A DNA stretch of 64,000 nt from assembly GCA_036172245.1 (NCBI GenBank), contig JAYWIR010000028.1, forward strand, positions 496,001 to 560,000, read 5' to 3'. Positions 50,101 through 62,022 of this stretch are shown here, piece by piece. How positions within the stretch are numbered: the stretch's first letter is position 1; each line of letters begins with the position of its first letter. A program made the position numbers and the translations under genes. The notes under the pieces were generated by a model. The model worked only from the letters and a program-made list of their open reading frames with translations. It made no database searches and had not been told where the DNA came from. The DNA comes from Raillietiella orientalis. Lineage: Eukaryota.

Positions 50101-50812
50101 TCCCCCCCTCCGTCGCTCCGGGCGGCCGGTCTGGTAAACCTACGTCTAGGTGACGTCGGCGGAACACGTGAGTGCAAGAACACACACAAGGCGTCCGCCC
50201 ACCTTTTTTTTTTTTTTTTATCTTCCTTTCCTTTCCTTGATCTCCCCCCCCGCCGCCGCCGCCGCCGCCGCTTCTTCCGCGGGATCTACCCGTCCGTTGC
50301 CTGGGGAACCAGGTGACGAAAGCTCGGGGCACTCGCTCGCGCCTCACCGCCGGTCTTGGCGAACGGAATGCCCTGCTCGCTCGCAACGCCCATTCAGTCG
50401 ATGGCACACGCTGAAGAGTTGGCGTGCACGGCGCGCGGGGGCACTCGCGGGCGCGTCCACGGGTGGGAACACGGAGGAATTGCAGCCGCAGCTCGGGAGA
50501 TTCTCGTCTCACCGATGCGCGCGGACGAGCACGCGCCAGGAAGACATCGCGTGCGTCGCCGTCTGCGGTTTGCAGGAAAGGAGCCGACCGCATGGAATCG
50601 TGGGCCCGAGACGGAACCTGCGATCGCAACGAGCAGGGAATGGGGACCTCCGGATGCACGCGGTCCCCCCCTCCCTCCCGGTTTGCCTGCGAGCTCTGCC
50701 AATTCCTCGGATGCGACGACCAGCTATTCCTGGTGCTTTTGCGGAGGCTCCTGATGCTTCCCGAAAGACTCATTTTCCGAATGGGACAACAGTTACATAA
50801 ATAATATATCCT

Positions 50813-50818
50813 TTTATT
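50813..50818 (-). terminator. Probable polyadenylation signal of the spitz-like gene
   Basis: AATAAA on the minus strand, about 450 nt past the ORF end and right at the AT/GC boundary. Confidence 0.45.
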
Positions 50819-51262
50819 TTTTTTTCCTTAAGTGCCTTTTGCTTCTTTTAAAAATCCAATTCCACATAGCATTTCCGTAACTGCCACGCTCGCTAGCCCA
50901 TCCTGTCAAATGGGATGCTGGGAGGAACAGTTGCTCTGCGCAGTGTTCCTGAATGAAGCATAATTTTCCGCTTTGGTATCAGACATGCCATCTCTATTTA
51001 GCACATCAATACTGATGCTTCGCTTGAAACCTTTTTTTTTTTTTTCTCCTCTTCCCCCGAGGGCAAGTTCTTTTCCATTTAGGGAGCAGGGTTCTGGTGA
51101 TAGAGACGTACTTTAGAACGAGGAATGGGAGTCGCAGATATTAGGAAATCCTGGAAAACAACTCGTCGTACTTTTCGAAAACGCACTTCGTGCGCTGGCA
51201 CCACGGGGGGGAGAAAGAGGGAGGGGGAGGGAGGGACGAAAGGAGGGAGGGGGGATTCGCAC

Positions 51263-51549
51263 CTACCCACTTCTCTGGATGCGAGCAATAAACCGGGGAA
51301 TGAATGCAAATAGCGATGGGATGACACGTGATCTCCCTGTGGACAGAAACATCGCTTTACTAATGGCATATAACCTTCCCAACTCGACTTGCCTGTGGTC
51401 TGGAATGAGTGGTTGCGATAGTGCTCGAAGCTTACGACGATGATCCATATAGATATAAAATACTATTGTAATCAAAACAACGAGAACAACAGCGAAAGCG
51501 GCCCCTCCTGCAATGCTGGCGGTTTCTAGCATTGCCTTTTCTCTGGACG
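51263..51549 (-). CDS. spi: Spitz/Keren-like EGFR ligand, TM and cytoplasmic exon (3' end uncertain)
   Basis: Acceptor catcag|. PSREKAMLETASIAGGAAFAVVLVVLITIVFYIY-MDHRRK; ASIAGGA matches the rhomboid-cleaved ASIASGA of Spitz. The tail may be further spliced. Confidence 0.85.
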
Positions 51550-51697
51550 CTGATGGGGATACAACAGTAAAAGAGGACGTGCAAAATGAAACACCAACAC
51601 AATGCATATCAGAGATAAAGTGTACGTGTTCATGCAAAAAATGATTAAAGAAGAAGAAGAAGAAGGAAAGCAAAAAAACAAATGCAGTTTTACTTAC

Positions 51698-51759
51698 GTA
51701 GATATGTGCCATCTAAGACTTTGAATTCACATCTTTGACCCATATAACCATCTGCACAT
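51698..51759 (-). CDS. spi: Spitz/Keren-like EGFR ligand, EGF C-loop exon (62 nt, not in the ORF track)
   Basis: ttttttggtag|A CADGYMGQRCEFKVLDGTYL C|gtaagt. Phases 2 to 1 match both neighbours. Confidence 0.95.
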
Positions 51760-54127
51760 CTACCAAAAAAAAGGGGAAAAAAAAAGGAAACGGTTTTTTT
51801 CTTATGCTGCTACCATTTTTCAAAAAACAGAATGAATGCATTTTCTCCCAAGCAAACACACACACACACGCGCGGGACGTGTTCTCCGTAAAGCACAGAG
51901 ATCGTCGTCATCCCTTTTAAGGCTTTCGAGGAGTGGGGTGGATGCAAAAAAAAAAAAAAAAGGTCACCGAGAGTTCGGTTTGCTGGGATCCTACGGCAGA
52001 GCTGTTCGATCTGTTGCTCGAGAATCCGACACTGATGCTGAGGCATCAATCGGTACCCAAAAAACATCAGCACAAACAAAATGCCGAAAAGAGGGGAACA
52101 GCGAGCGCTCTTCTGTTAAAAACAGCGACACTTCTGCACAGTTTGAGAGTGTGCAAAGGAAGGAAAAGCAGAACAAAAGGAAGAATGGCACACGAGAGAA
52201 CAAAAACGAAAAAAACGGGGGAGCAAAGTGAGGGGGGAGGGGGGGGGGAAATACGTTAGCAAACCCACATTTCATCAAAGTGTGTGTGCGTGTGTGTGTG
52301 TGCTTTGCAGAAATCCATGAAGAAAAAAGAACGAATTTTGCGTGAAACCGCGAAAGCACCAGCGCACCAAACAAGACGCATTCATTCGTTTTCATCACGG
52401 TAAATGGTACGAGGATGAGGATGGAGGAGGATGTGGTCTTCGGCCGCGTAATTCCCGCACACACGCACGCGATTCCAGACGTGTTGAATGCTCCCATCTT
52501 CCGAGGAAGCACTGCGGGAGTAAGCGGAACACGGATCCAAAAAGCCCACAAAAACAACTTCTGGCGCGCAGGAGGAAGAAGAGGAAGAAGAAGAGGAAGA
52601 TGAAGGGAGCAAACATCGCAGCCGCGCTGGAGGAGAGATGCTGCGGCGCGCGCAGGCGACGGGGGGAAAACCATCAGCACACACAATTCCGATAAAAATC
52701 TCAATCACGATCTTTCTCGCCGCGCGCGCAAGTTAATTTACTCGTCGGAGAAGCGCGCATTAATGACCCAACTGCTCCGCAATAAATTACAAGTGTATGA
52801 CCTTTCTGGATGCACTTATTGGATATTATTGAAAAGTGACAGTTCAAAGCCAGAAAGTTCCTCTTCGGCTCTCTCCCTCTCTCTCTCTCTTGCAAAACAA
52901 TCCCAATCCTGCGGGAGACCCGGCGAAAAACGCATCATCCGCGTCTCTGGGCAAATCAGTTTTCACTTCTTCTCGAGCAAATGACTGTTTATCTTAGAAT
53001 TCGAAACGTTTACCGCTCTTTATGAAGGAACTCAATCGAGCATTGTGTGTAAGCAGATACTGCAAGGGAAAATAAAATAAGGTAGCATAAACCAAGAGCA
53101 ATAATAGCTGTGCAGCTGCATATTTCTGCACAGGTAGAGGGAATGCCAGACAGCGGCTGGCAAATAGGCGAAAGCCTGGGGGTAGGCAATCACAATAAGC
53201 ATCATAAATACAGAAAGACACACACACACACGGAACTTTGTCTAGCGGAGCGACACGACATTAAATCCTACTCCATTACTTTCATGCCATTCCCGTTTGG
53301 ACGTTTCTCTACCTAATCACAACAAATGCTAACACTTTAAGCATGTGAGAACACGAAATGCACGGATTAAGTTGCTTTTCCCCCCTTTTTCCTTCTTTGT
53401 TTTGCTGTATATCCAGGGTAAGAAGAACAGTTCAGGTACCTTCCGACACTTGCCGAAATTCGCACAATCGGATTCCGACCGATTTTTTCTCACACTACAC
53501 CAAAACAAATTCTTGGAATTCCTCCCCCGACACTCGAGTTTAAACAAGACACCGCGTGATACAATCCACAATAAACGCAAGATCACGATGTGCTACATTT
53601 TCCCAGCATCCTTTTCGGGTGCTTGCAAAGTGAGCGTTGCCGTTTCGGCACGCAGCGTACGGAGGTCCTAATTTCCTGGGGGGGAACGCGAAATGCCGGC
53701 GCGCACCAACCCACCTGGGTCCTGGACGTCACGGTGGCTGGGGGTCACGTGTGTGTGTGTGTGTTTTCCGGCGCGGAATGTCGGCCTCCTCCGCTAATCC
53801 GTGGGATGCACAGCGTATCGTGCCATCTGCGGGCGCAGCAACCACATTCGGAAAGAACAAGGCCACCAGCCACACGCGCTTTGACATCGCGCGGGTGAAA
53901 ATGCCGAAACATCACCGTACACGAAATGCTTAATGCATCGGAGATTGCTATCGACTCCTGCGGAGGAAGTGTACTCTATCTTCTCGCATCTCCGCTGCAC
54001 AAGAGCCTGCTTGCTGCTTTCCCGTCACATGTGGCCGCGGCGAGTTTTCGGCAGGCAGTCGATTCGCAGTGCATTCAACTGTGAGATTTTCCATCGCTTC
54101 ATTGACGATTTTTTGTTCGAAAAGAAA

Positions 54128-54129
<2 letters not shown>

Positions 54130-54177
<48 letters not shown>
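54130..54177. repeat. (GA)24 microsatellite
   Basis: Read directly. Many other (CA)n, (GA)n, (TA)n and (GAA)n tracts lie between 51.8 and 63.4 kb. Confidence 0.95.
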
Positions 54178-54180
<3 letters not shown>

Positions 54181-54278
54181 AGAAGAAGAAAAAAAAAAAC
54201 AGCTTTACGTGCACACTCAGTAACTTTTCCGTTCTTTCCTTTTTGAATTCATTTACAAAAAATCTCAAACTCACTCAC

Positions 54279-54450
54279 TCGCAGTTGTATAGAAGAGATT
54301 CTCCTATTTTCATTGTGAAACAAGTGGCCCCATTTAGGCAGTACCATGTAGCATAAGCTGGAGGACAGGCGTACGTCTGGAATGTAACGTTTGGCCTGAT
54401 TATGGGATCCAAAGGCCGGGGTCGTGGTGTAGCACGACTGGAACATCCTC
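54279..54450 (-). CDS. spi: Spitz/Keren-like EGFR ligand, N-terminal and EGF A/B-loop exon
   Basis: CSSRATPRPRP...RPNVTFQTYACPPAYATWYCLNGATCFTMKIGESLLYNCE. Donor GA|gtgagt; tandem acceptor CAGGAG (start 54450 or 54447). Confidence 0.95.
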
Positions 54451-57400
54451 CTGAATCACAACCCAACACTTAATGAATCCGTGTACATTGGTGAACTCGA
54501 TTCGAGATAACGAATGCAATAAATACACCCTGAAACTTTTGCTGGTCGGCTGGAAAAACAAAACAAAACAAAGGAAAACAAAACAAAACAATTATAAGCA
54601 AGGTCAAAGTTTACGTTCTCACCACAGGTAAGAAATGTGTGTGTGTGTGTGTGTGTGTGTTTTTTTTTCTTTACTACGGTGTGACGCCACCGAACACGGC
54701 GACGGTGAAAGACATGTGCTGATAATGATAAGTAACTCGTACCGGAAGGATGTTCTGAATGAACAGCCAAGTAGAACACAGCAATGCATCAATCGGTCAT
54801 TGCGACCGGGGAGTATACATGAAAGGCCCGCTGGCTCACGAACGGAGCTAATAATGATTCAAACCCGAATACTTCACATATCATCAATTACTTTCGATTT
54901 CCAGTAATATCAAATTATTCTACAGTCATTAATTACAGCATAATGAACCAAGCTGCCCGCCAGAAAAAAAAAAACCGAGGCGAGTGGACACGAAACAGGA
55001 AGTGGAGGAGGAGGCGAAACGCGGGAGGATCGCATCGCTAGGAATGGGGGACCTCGAATTCCCGAGTGCGGGAGAGGATAGGGAGCTCGAATCTTCGCTC
55101 GAAGCCCCACATCCCTTCGGCGTTTGCCAACTCCGGGGGGAAAAGGAGGACCGCGCGTACGCTGCTTCTTTTCGTCTGAGGTTCTTCCTGGCACGTGCGA
55201 TCCTCTGGACAGGGGGATCAAATTACTTCTAATTACAGCGTGCAATAACTTTTGCTTCACTCTCGCGCGAGCTGTTCGCCCGAGGCGCAACATTGAAGCG
55301 TGTCATCAGGTGCACAAAAAAAATTGCGTCGAGACATCTGCGCGCGATCATTTTCCGATTTTTTTATATTCAGGATGCAACCTCCAGATAGATCACGGTG
55401 ATCAGGCAATATGCAGTTCGCATATCGCTGGAGCGTTTCGTGTTGAGAATGGGAAGAGAGATGATGCGTTGATCCGGAGGTGAGCCAATTCAGCTGGCAG
55501 TATCTGGCTCGATATCTAAATCCCGCCTGGTGACGTATGGCTGGATTTTTGGATGCCAAGAACACACCGATCGTTAACGTGTCCGAAACGGCGCAATTAC
55601 ACGAGTACCACCGCAGATCGGGAAATGGATTTTCCGGACATGCGCTCTTCCAGCCGCGATTCGGATGATCGTCTCGGAGAAGGGACGACGCGCCACAGAT
55701 GTTGATGATGCAGTTGCCGCCGCATCACATTCCGGACCTGCAGCAGATCTTCGGCAGCTTTGAACTGCTTCGATGACTGTCGTTGTATGAGCTGGCCATT
55801 ATTAGGGAGCTATTAGGTACCAGTCATACAAAATAAGGATTAGACCCAAATGGTCACCTGTCAGATAGCTACGTCCACTTGAATGAATGCACATTCCGCA
55901 CAACCACGGAATAAAAGCGACGAGGGGTAAAAGTAGGACAGCTGCGATATCTCGGGAGACAGAAAGGTGAGATTCTGCTTACAGCCCTAATTTTAAATGA
56001 CTCACAAACTGTACCACGAGAAAAATCGATACTTTCCGGAATACGTTTTCAATTCTGCACAAGAACCCAAAAAATAAGGGTTGTGTGCATCAATAAGGTT
56101 CGTGCTTGTCTTTATTGATCAAACCTTTGCTGTTCGCAGCCAACTGCCCATTGCCCGGAATAATCGTTTCCATGAACTCACCAAAAAAAGGAGAGAGAGG
56201 GGGAGAGAGAAGAAGAAGAAGAGGAAGAAAAAGAGAGAGAGAGAGACAAGTACATTTGTGACATAGCTTGTTTGTGATTCGAGAGATTCCTTGAAGGCAG
56301 ATTCCTACATTTTAATTACAAAGTGCACATTTCACACACACACACACACACACACACACCTCTCTGCCGTGCATTCCACATAAAGCGAGCTCCGCCGCCG
56401 CTGCCTCCTCAGATGCAGAATCTCTGCTCCTTTATCTGGAGACACGTGCAGACTATTACAAGTCGGAACCCGCCCGGACCGACTTGCACTTCATGGCCTG
56501 CACTGACAAAAACAATAAATAATTGTCGCTAACTTTTGGTTCGGGATCCGGACGGGACTCGAATTAGTGCTTGGATCCTTTCTTCGAGCGCAAGAAGAAG
56601 CTTTACTGCAACCGGAAGCAGACGTTCAGGGCATGGGGGCGCGTGGCTAAACCAACTCTGCCGACAGCTCCTCACCGGTTTCATCCGTCCATCTTGCCGG
56701 AAGAAGCACAAAAGTGGTTTCCACGAGATGGCCAAACCGAAACAATTAGATGGGAGGTGCGAAGCTGAAGAGCAGCAGCATAAGTACATGTGCTATACGC
56801 GCGCACATTCGCAAAGCGAGAAAGCAGGCATTTTACAACACTCGAGAAGACTACTACGAGCCCAATAAACGAGGCGATGTGCGTAAAGAGCCCTCGCTGT
56901 TTGAAGCAGATCATCGGATTCATTCTCGGTGGCATGGCAACCGCGGACGGGTTCCTCTCCCGGTCGGCACTGCTGCGCGCTCGGCGCCACGAAAAACAAA
57001 GTTACAGTGCACTGGCAAAGTAAATAAGGAAAAGTTCAGCCCGAACACGGATCCATATGTTGAGATCATTGCAGCTGCTTCGAGTAATTAACGCAGCCCC
57101 TTTTCATGGCACGTGCAGATGAATTCCCATATGACCTTTCTAAAGATGTTCACAGAATCAAGATATTGTCTCTCTCTTCCCTTATGTAACTCAAGTCCTT
57201 TGTCCTTTCTAACCCAGTTCGCTGCATTGCTTCACTTGTGGCAGTTTGTCACATCCTTCCTACTACCGATGGTTCTTCCGGGGAGTCCAGGACTCCCATA
57301 TGTTACCCATTTTTTTCCTTTCAGGGTATTGTTCCCGGGAAACAGAGAATGCACGTCTCGGCACCACCGCATCGGAATATCACAAATTTTTCACATCATT

Positions 57401-60400
57401 CCGAAACGCGCACACATTTCTTGGTTTTCATTCTTCGTTGGGAGAACGAACGCACACGTTTTTCGCACATTTGAACATTTCGGGACCAAAGCGAGAAGAA
57501 ATCTGCCTTTGACGGGGTGAGGAGGAATGCGCTGGCAGCACTGTACAATACAACAGGAACATGCATGTTGCATTGGAAGTATAATATTATGCATGCGTTC
57601 GAAAGTGACTTCTCGAGTCGCACGGATCGCTCTTTGCTAATTTGCAGACTCCGCCGTTCCATCAAAATCGAGCTGAAGAAGCGGAGACTGCAAGTTCTCG
57701 CATGAATGAAATAGAAACGGCGTGTATTCTAAACCGCTCAGGGGTCGCTCTACTCAAACAAATTTTTTTTTTATTAATTTTGCATTCATTACATGAAAAA
57801 AAGAAAAAAAAAAAAAAAGAAAAAAAAAAAAAAGAGAAAACAAATCATTTAAGGCTGACTCCCTCCAAATCGCTTCTCATAACAATCAGTAATCATTTAT
57901 GGAGATAATGCAAAGAATGCAGGAATGAACGGAAATCAGTAGAAGGAAGTTTTTTTGTTTAAAGAAACAAATTCACAATGCATGTGCAAAAACGTTGACC
58001 TTCAAGACTCTAAATCCAAAAATCCATGATTTTTGCGCATTGCACAGTTTTGAAAGAGAGAGGGAGAGGGAGAGAGAGAGAGATGCCCATCTATCCAGGT
58101 TGCTAGGCGATTTTCATGGGCTGTTGGAATCGGTTTATGAGTACCGTCAGCGTACAGAGCATACATAAAGGCGCTATTGACAGTTTTATAAATACAGTAA
58201 GAAATATCATATTGTATCGGACATAACGATCGAAAACGGCTGATGGTTTTTCGGGTGAATGTCGTGATCCGGCGGATTCCCGACTACGAAATCGGGGAAG
58301 AACGTCTCCTAATAAAATCAATATTTTGGAGGGAGGGAGGGGGGAAGTTCCCTGTATGGAAATAACCATTTCCGCCTCTATACTTTTCCTTACTCATTAA
58401 AAATATTTCCCTTTGTTTCCGCCTGCATATTTCATTTTTGTTAGGGTAAACAGGAGCGGTCAATGGCTTGAACTAAAGTGATGTGCTACGCGCCGAAAAA
58501 TCGACGAAATCTGCCAATTAATGAGTGCGATTTTTAAGGAAAGGAAGAATTGCTTTACGGAAACCGTCTCCTTATTTGTTTCGTTTCGTTTTTCATTAAG
58601 GATGCTCCCCCCCTCCCCTTAGTAACGGGGGGCGGGGAGGGTTCCTTCTTTTCCTCCAAAGCTTGCAAACATTACCGTAGGCGGAACATTCGCAAAAAAA
58701 AAATCCTCACTTAGCTTATGAACTGTAAACCATACTCGTCGAAAGACGAGATGCATTTAAAAACATGATGTTCCGTTTCATCCCGCTCGACTTCATGAAG
58801 AAACGAAGTGAGACGAGTTGACGAGAGAGAGAGAGAGAGAGGGAGGGAGGGAGGGAGAGGGAGAGAGAGAAAGAAAAAAACCTAGCACGAACTATCCGTA
58901 ACTGCCCACACTGGAGGAGGAGGCATATCACTATGACGATGCTCACGCTCCTCGTGTTTTAAGATACCCTAAAGTTTGCAAGTTTGTAAAAGCCAGTGCG
59001 ATCCCAGGAACACACACACACACACACACACACGTGAAATGCACATTATAAAAAGATTCAATGGATAGTGCAAAGCAGGCAGATAGCTCGAAAAGAGACA
59101 TCGTTCGTAGAGAGGAAGAGATGCAGAAGGAAAAAAAGAAGAATCACTAACAAAAAATGGCAACTTACCCGTCATTGTCAGCAGGGAAAAAAAGACTAGC
59201 ACCATTAAGATATGAGGGATCAGCATGAATTGAATGGAGCGTCTTCGCCCTAAAAAAATTACATACAATACGTAGTCTCTCAAATGGATGAACACACACG
59301 TATAATATAACAAATTCGAATCGACCCCGGGAAGAAAAACGCCAAAGGTTTTATTTGTGTAATCGCAGCGTCCAGCGGTCGCGCCCATGGCAGGACACCA
59401 CCAGAGTTTCCCGAAAATCCTTCCATCATGGGTGGTGATTGTGGCATGACGAGGCTCTACGGATGCTCCACGACGAAAATGGTAACCCAAGCAGGGAGTG
59501 CGGAGGGACGAGGAGAACAGGAAAAAAAAAAAAAAAAAGGAAAAAAAAAAAAAGAAAGAGGGGAAAAAGAAAAAAAGTACATGTACAGGTATATTGATTA
59601 TGTCTGTCCACTTGAAATGCTGGCGAAGAAAGCACCCGAAACGGTGCACCTAATCCGAATGGGCTATTTGACAAATGATAGGGACTAACGTCACGCGTTT
59701 CCGAGGGAAAAAACACACACACACACACACACGCCTGTACGGTGGAAAATACGTGGAATACAAAATCACCAAACCTTTGTGCGCAAACAAATTGCAGTCT
59801 AATTGATAGTGACATAAAAAGAAACGGTCAGAATCCATACGTTTACCGACTGTGATGCAAAGTTTGAGGAAAGCTGATAGAGAGATTAAACAAAAAAGTA
59901 CGTTTAGCGCAGGTGATTGTAAATCTGTCAGGTGAGGGAAATCTGAGCGAAAAGAAAGAGGGCGAGCAAAGAAATGGTAAGGAGAGAGAGACGCTGATAT
60001 GGCGAGTGAAAATTAAAAGAATCCTTCCAATTTGCTTTTATTTTATGGCCACGTCAACGTTGTGTTCGTTAAAGGAGACCGGTTGTCAAAATCTGCTGTT
60101 CTCTCTCTCTCTCTCTTTTTTCTTTTCTTTCTTTCTTTTTTTTTTTTTTTTTTTTTTTTTTACACCGTCTCGTGTCTCATTCATGTTTGTATTCCTACAT
60201 CATCAGGTGCTTCTTGGTTACAATATTATAAAAGCGACCGGCAAAGATATGAAAGTCACAATTCTTCCGCACTTTTTTTGCTCGGTGGCTTTCCTTGGAA
60301 TTTTTGGGGAGCCTCTCAATGGGTGAAGTTAATGGATAGAAGAGAGGGGGCGAAGATTATTAGGATAAATAAGTGGCTCTTATGGTTACTCACGTTAGCT

Positions 60401-61521
60401 GTGAAGAAAGCGTACAAAGATGACATTCTTTTGCCAGAGTGCCAGAGCTGTTAAGAGAAAATGAAAGGCTTTTTTTTTTTTTTTCCCCTTCTTTTCCTGC
60501 TTCGAAATCTTCGTTACCTACAGCAACTGCTCATTCCATTTGCTCATTTCCCCTCAAAGGTGAGCTAATCGTTAGCCTCAAAGTGACGAAAAATGGAACA
60601 AAAATGTTATATATAAAGGCAAACAAAAGAAGAGCTACGGGGATAGGCATCGAAAGATGGTGGATCCATCGTCAGGGAGCTGATCATCTACCGTGATGCA
60701 GGCACGATTCTCGGAAACTCAATATTCCCGAACTGCTAAATTCCCACCCCTGGCGCTTCCTCCGAAACCATCGCCCCAATGCGGTTGCTATAGACGATGG
60801 ACCAGCAAGGACGTCCATCGAGCATTCAGACGTTCTCGTTCAATGCTTGCTTTTCATGATGCAACAAAATTTTAATCCTGCATGGGATTCTGGACTCGCT
60901 CTGCATTTCTCCATCCAGGTTCGCCTTTCAGATTGGCGCATAATATGGGGGGAGGGGAGGGGCGCAAGTACGGGGAAAACGAACACTCGAACAAGATGTG
61001 CTCTTGTCACATAGTAGGAGGGTGTGTGGGTTTTCAAGGTCCGGAAGATCCACAACGCAAGTTACGTAGAACCTCTGAAAAACCAATCCTTTGCAGCATT
61101 CTCCTTCAGCAAACGATCAATCATTATTATATTGACGTAATTTGAACTCACATCAATTATTAATTGGATCAGGTCGCCCTGCTAATCTCGTAATAAGAAT
61201 TTCTTCAGAAATTCCCAAGTTTCAAGAGAGAGTATTTTTTTTTTTTTTTTTTCCTCTACAGATTCCAAATGTGAGACTATTAGACAAAGTACCAAATCCC
61301 CATATGAAGATGTCTGATCCGTTTACGACATACCACACGTTCTTCAGCCTCCGAAAATGCTTTCCCAAATCGCGGTATCACACATCCCGATGTGAACTTA
61401 ATAAGGTGAACACCTGACATTCGTAATCAATACGTTTTGTTTTCCAGCTCAAAGGAGCAAGCAAGCAAGCAAGGACGAAGAAAAGGAGAGAGAGGGGGAG
61501 GGAGAGAGAGAGGAAGAGGAG

Positions 61522-61557
<36 letters not shown>

Positions 61558-61976
61558 AAGAAGAAAAAGCGGAAATGGAAAGAAAAAAAAAAAAAAAAAA
61601 GGAGGAGGAGGAAAGGAAAGGAAGAAAAGAGACTCGCAATGATCAAGACCCCTGCACTCTGGATTACTGCTTAAGGAAAACCAGGAAAAGCCGTGCTCTC
61701 ATAATTACTTGGGGCAAGAGCGCGGAATGTAAGGAATTATTATATCCGTGTAACAGCTACGCACAAAGGATATGTCGGGTAAAAAGGGAAAGCAGTAGTT
61801 GTGAGCAGCTCATTTTGCTAATCATAAAATTTAAGGCGAGTCTTTGTTGAAATCTTTGATGGCCACTGAAGATCTCAATTAACGTCCGAAGCAGCTGTTC
61901 CGAGGCGTCTGCGTGCTGCTGGTAAGTAGCTGCTGCCAAGAGCACAATCACCAAGGTTCTTCCGCTTGATTCTTAC

Positions 61977-62022
61977 CATATGCTTCTTCTGCAAATATAG
62001 AGTAATAGGCAAGAAGCGACAT
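61977..62022 (-). CDS. Candidate first coding (signal peptide) exon of the spitz-like gene
   Basis: caaacATG context, MSLLAYYSIFAEEAY-G, strong phase-1 donor G|gtaaga and upstream acceptor ttttatttgccag| at 62077. The hydrophobic core is weak. Confidence 0.4.

Noticed and set aside
16000..50800. Numerous G-quadruplex-like G-tract clusters (e.g. 27895-27918)
   Set aside because: They are ubiquitous given the local composition, and none stands out without a background model.
52660..52690. CADGF as the EGF C-loop exon
   Set aside because: It lacks the GxRC motif. The real exon is 51698-51759.
54605..54633. Strong CAG|GTAAG site on the plus strand (similar site at 9400)
   Set aside because: It is antisense to the host gene with no accompanying exon evidence; such single sites arise by chance.
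58890..58946. Hydrophobic VSIVIVICLLLQC (minus strand) as the spitz-like signal peptide
   Set aside because: There is an in-frame stop just upstream, no ATG and no convincing acceptor.
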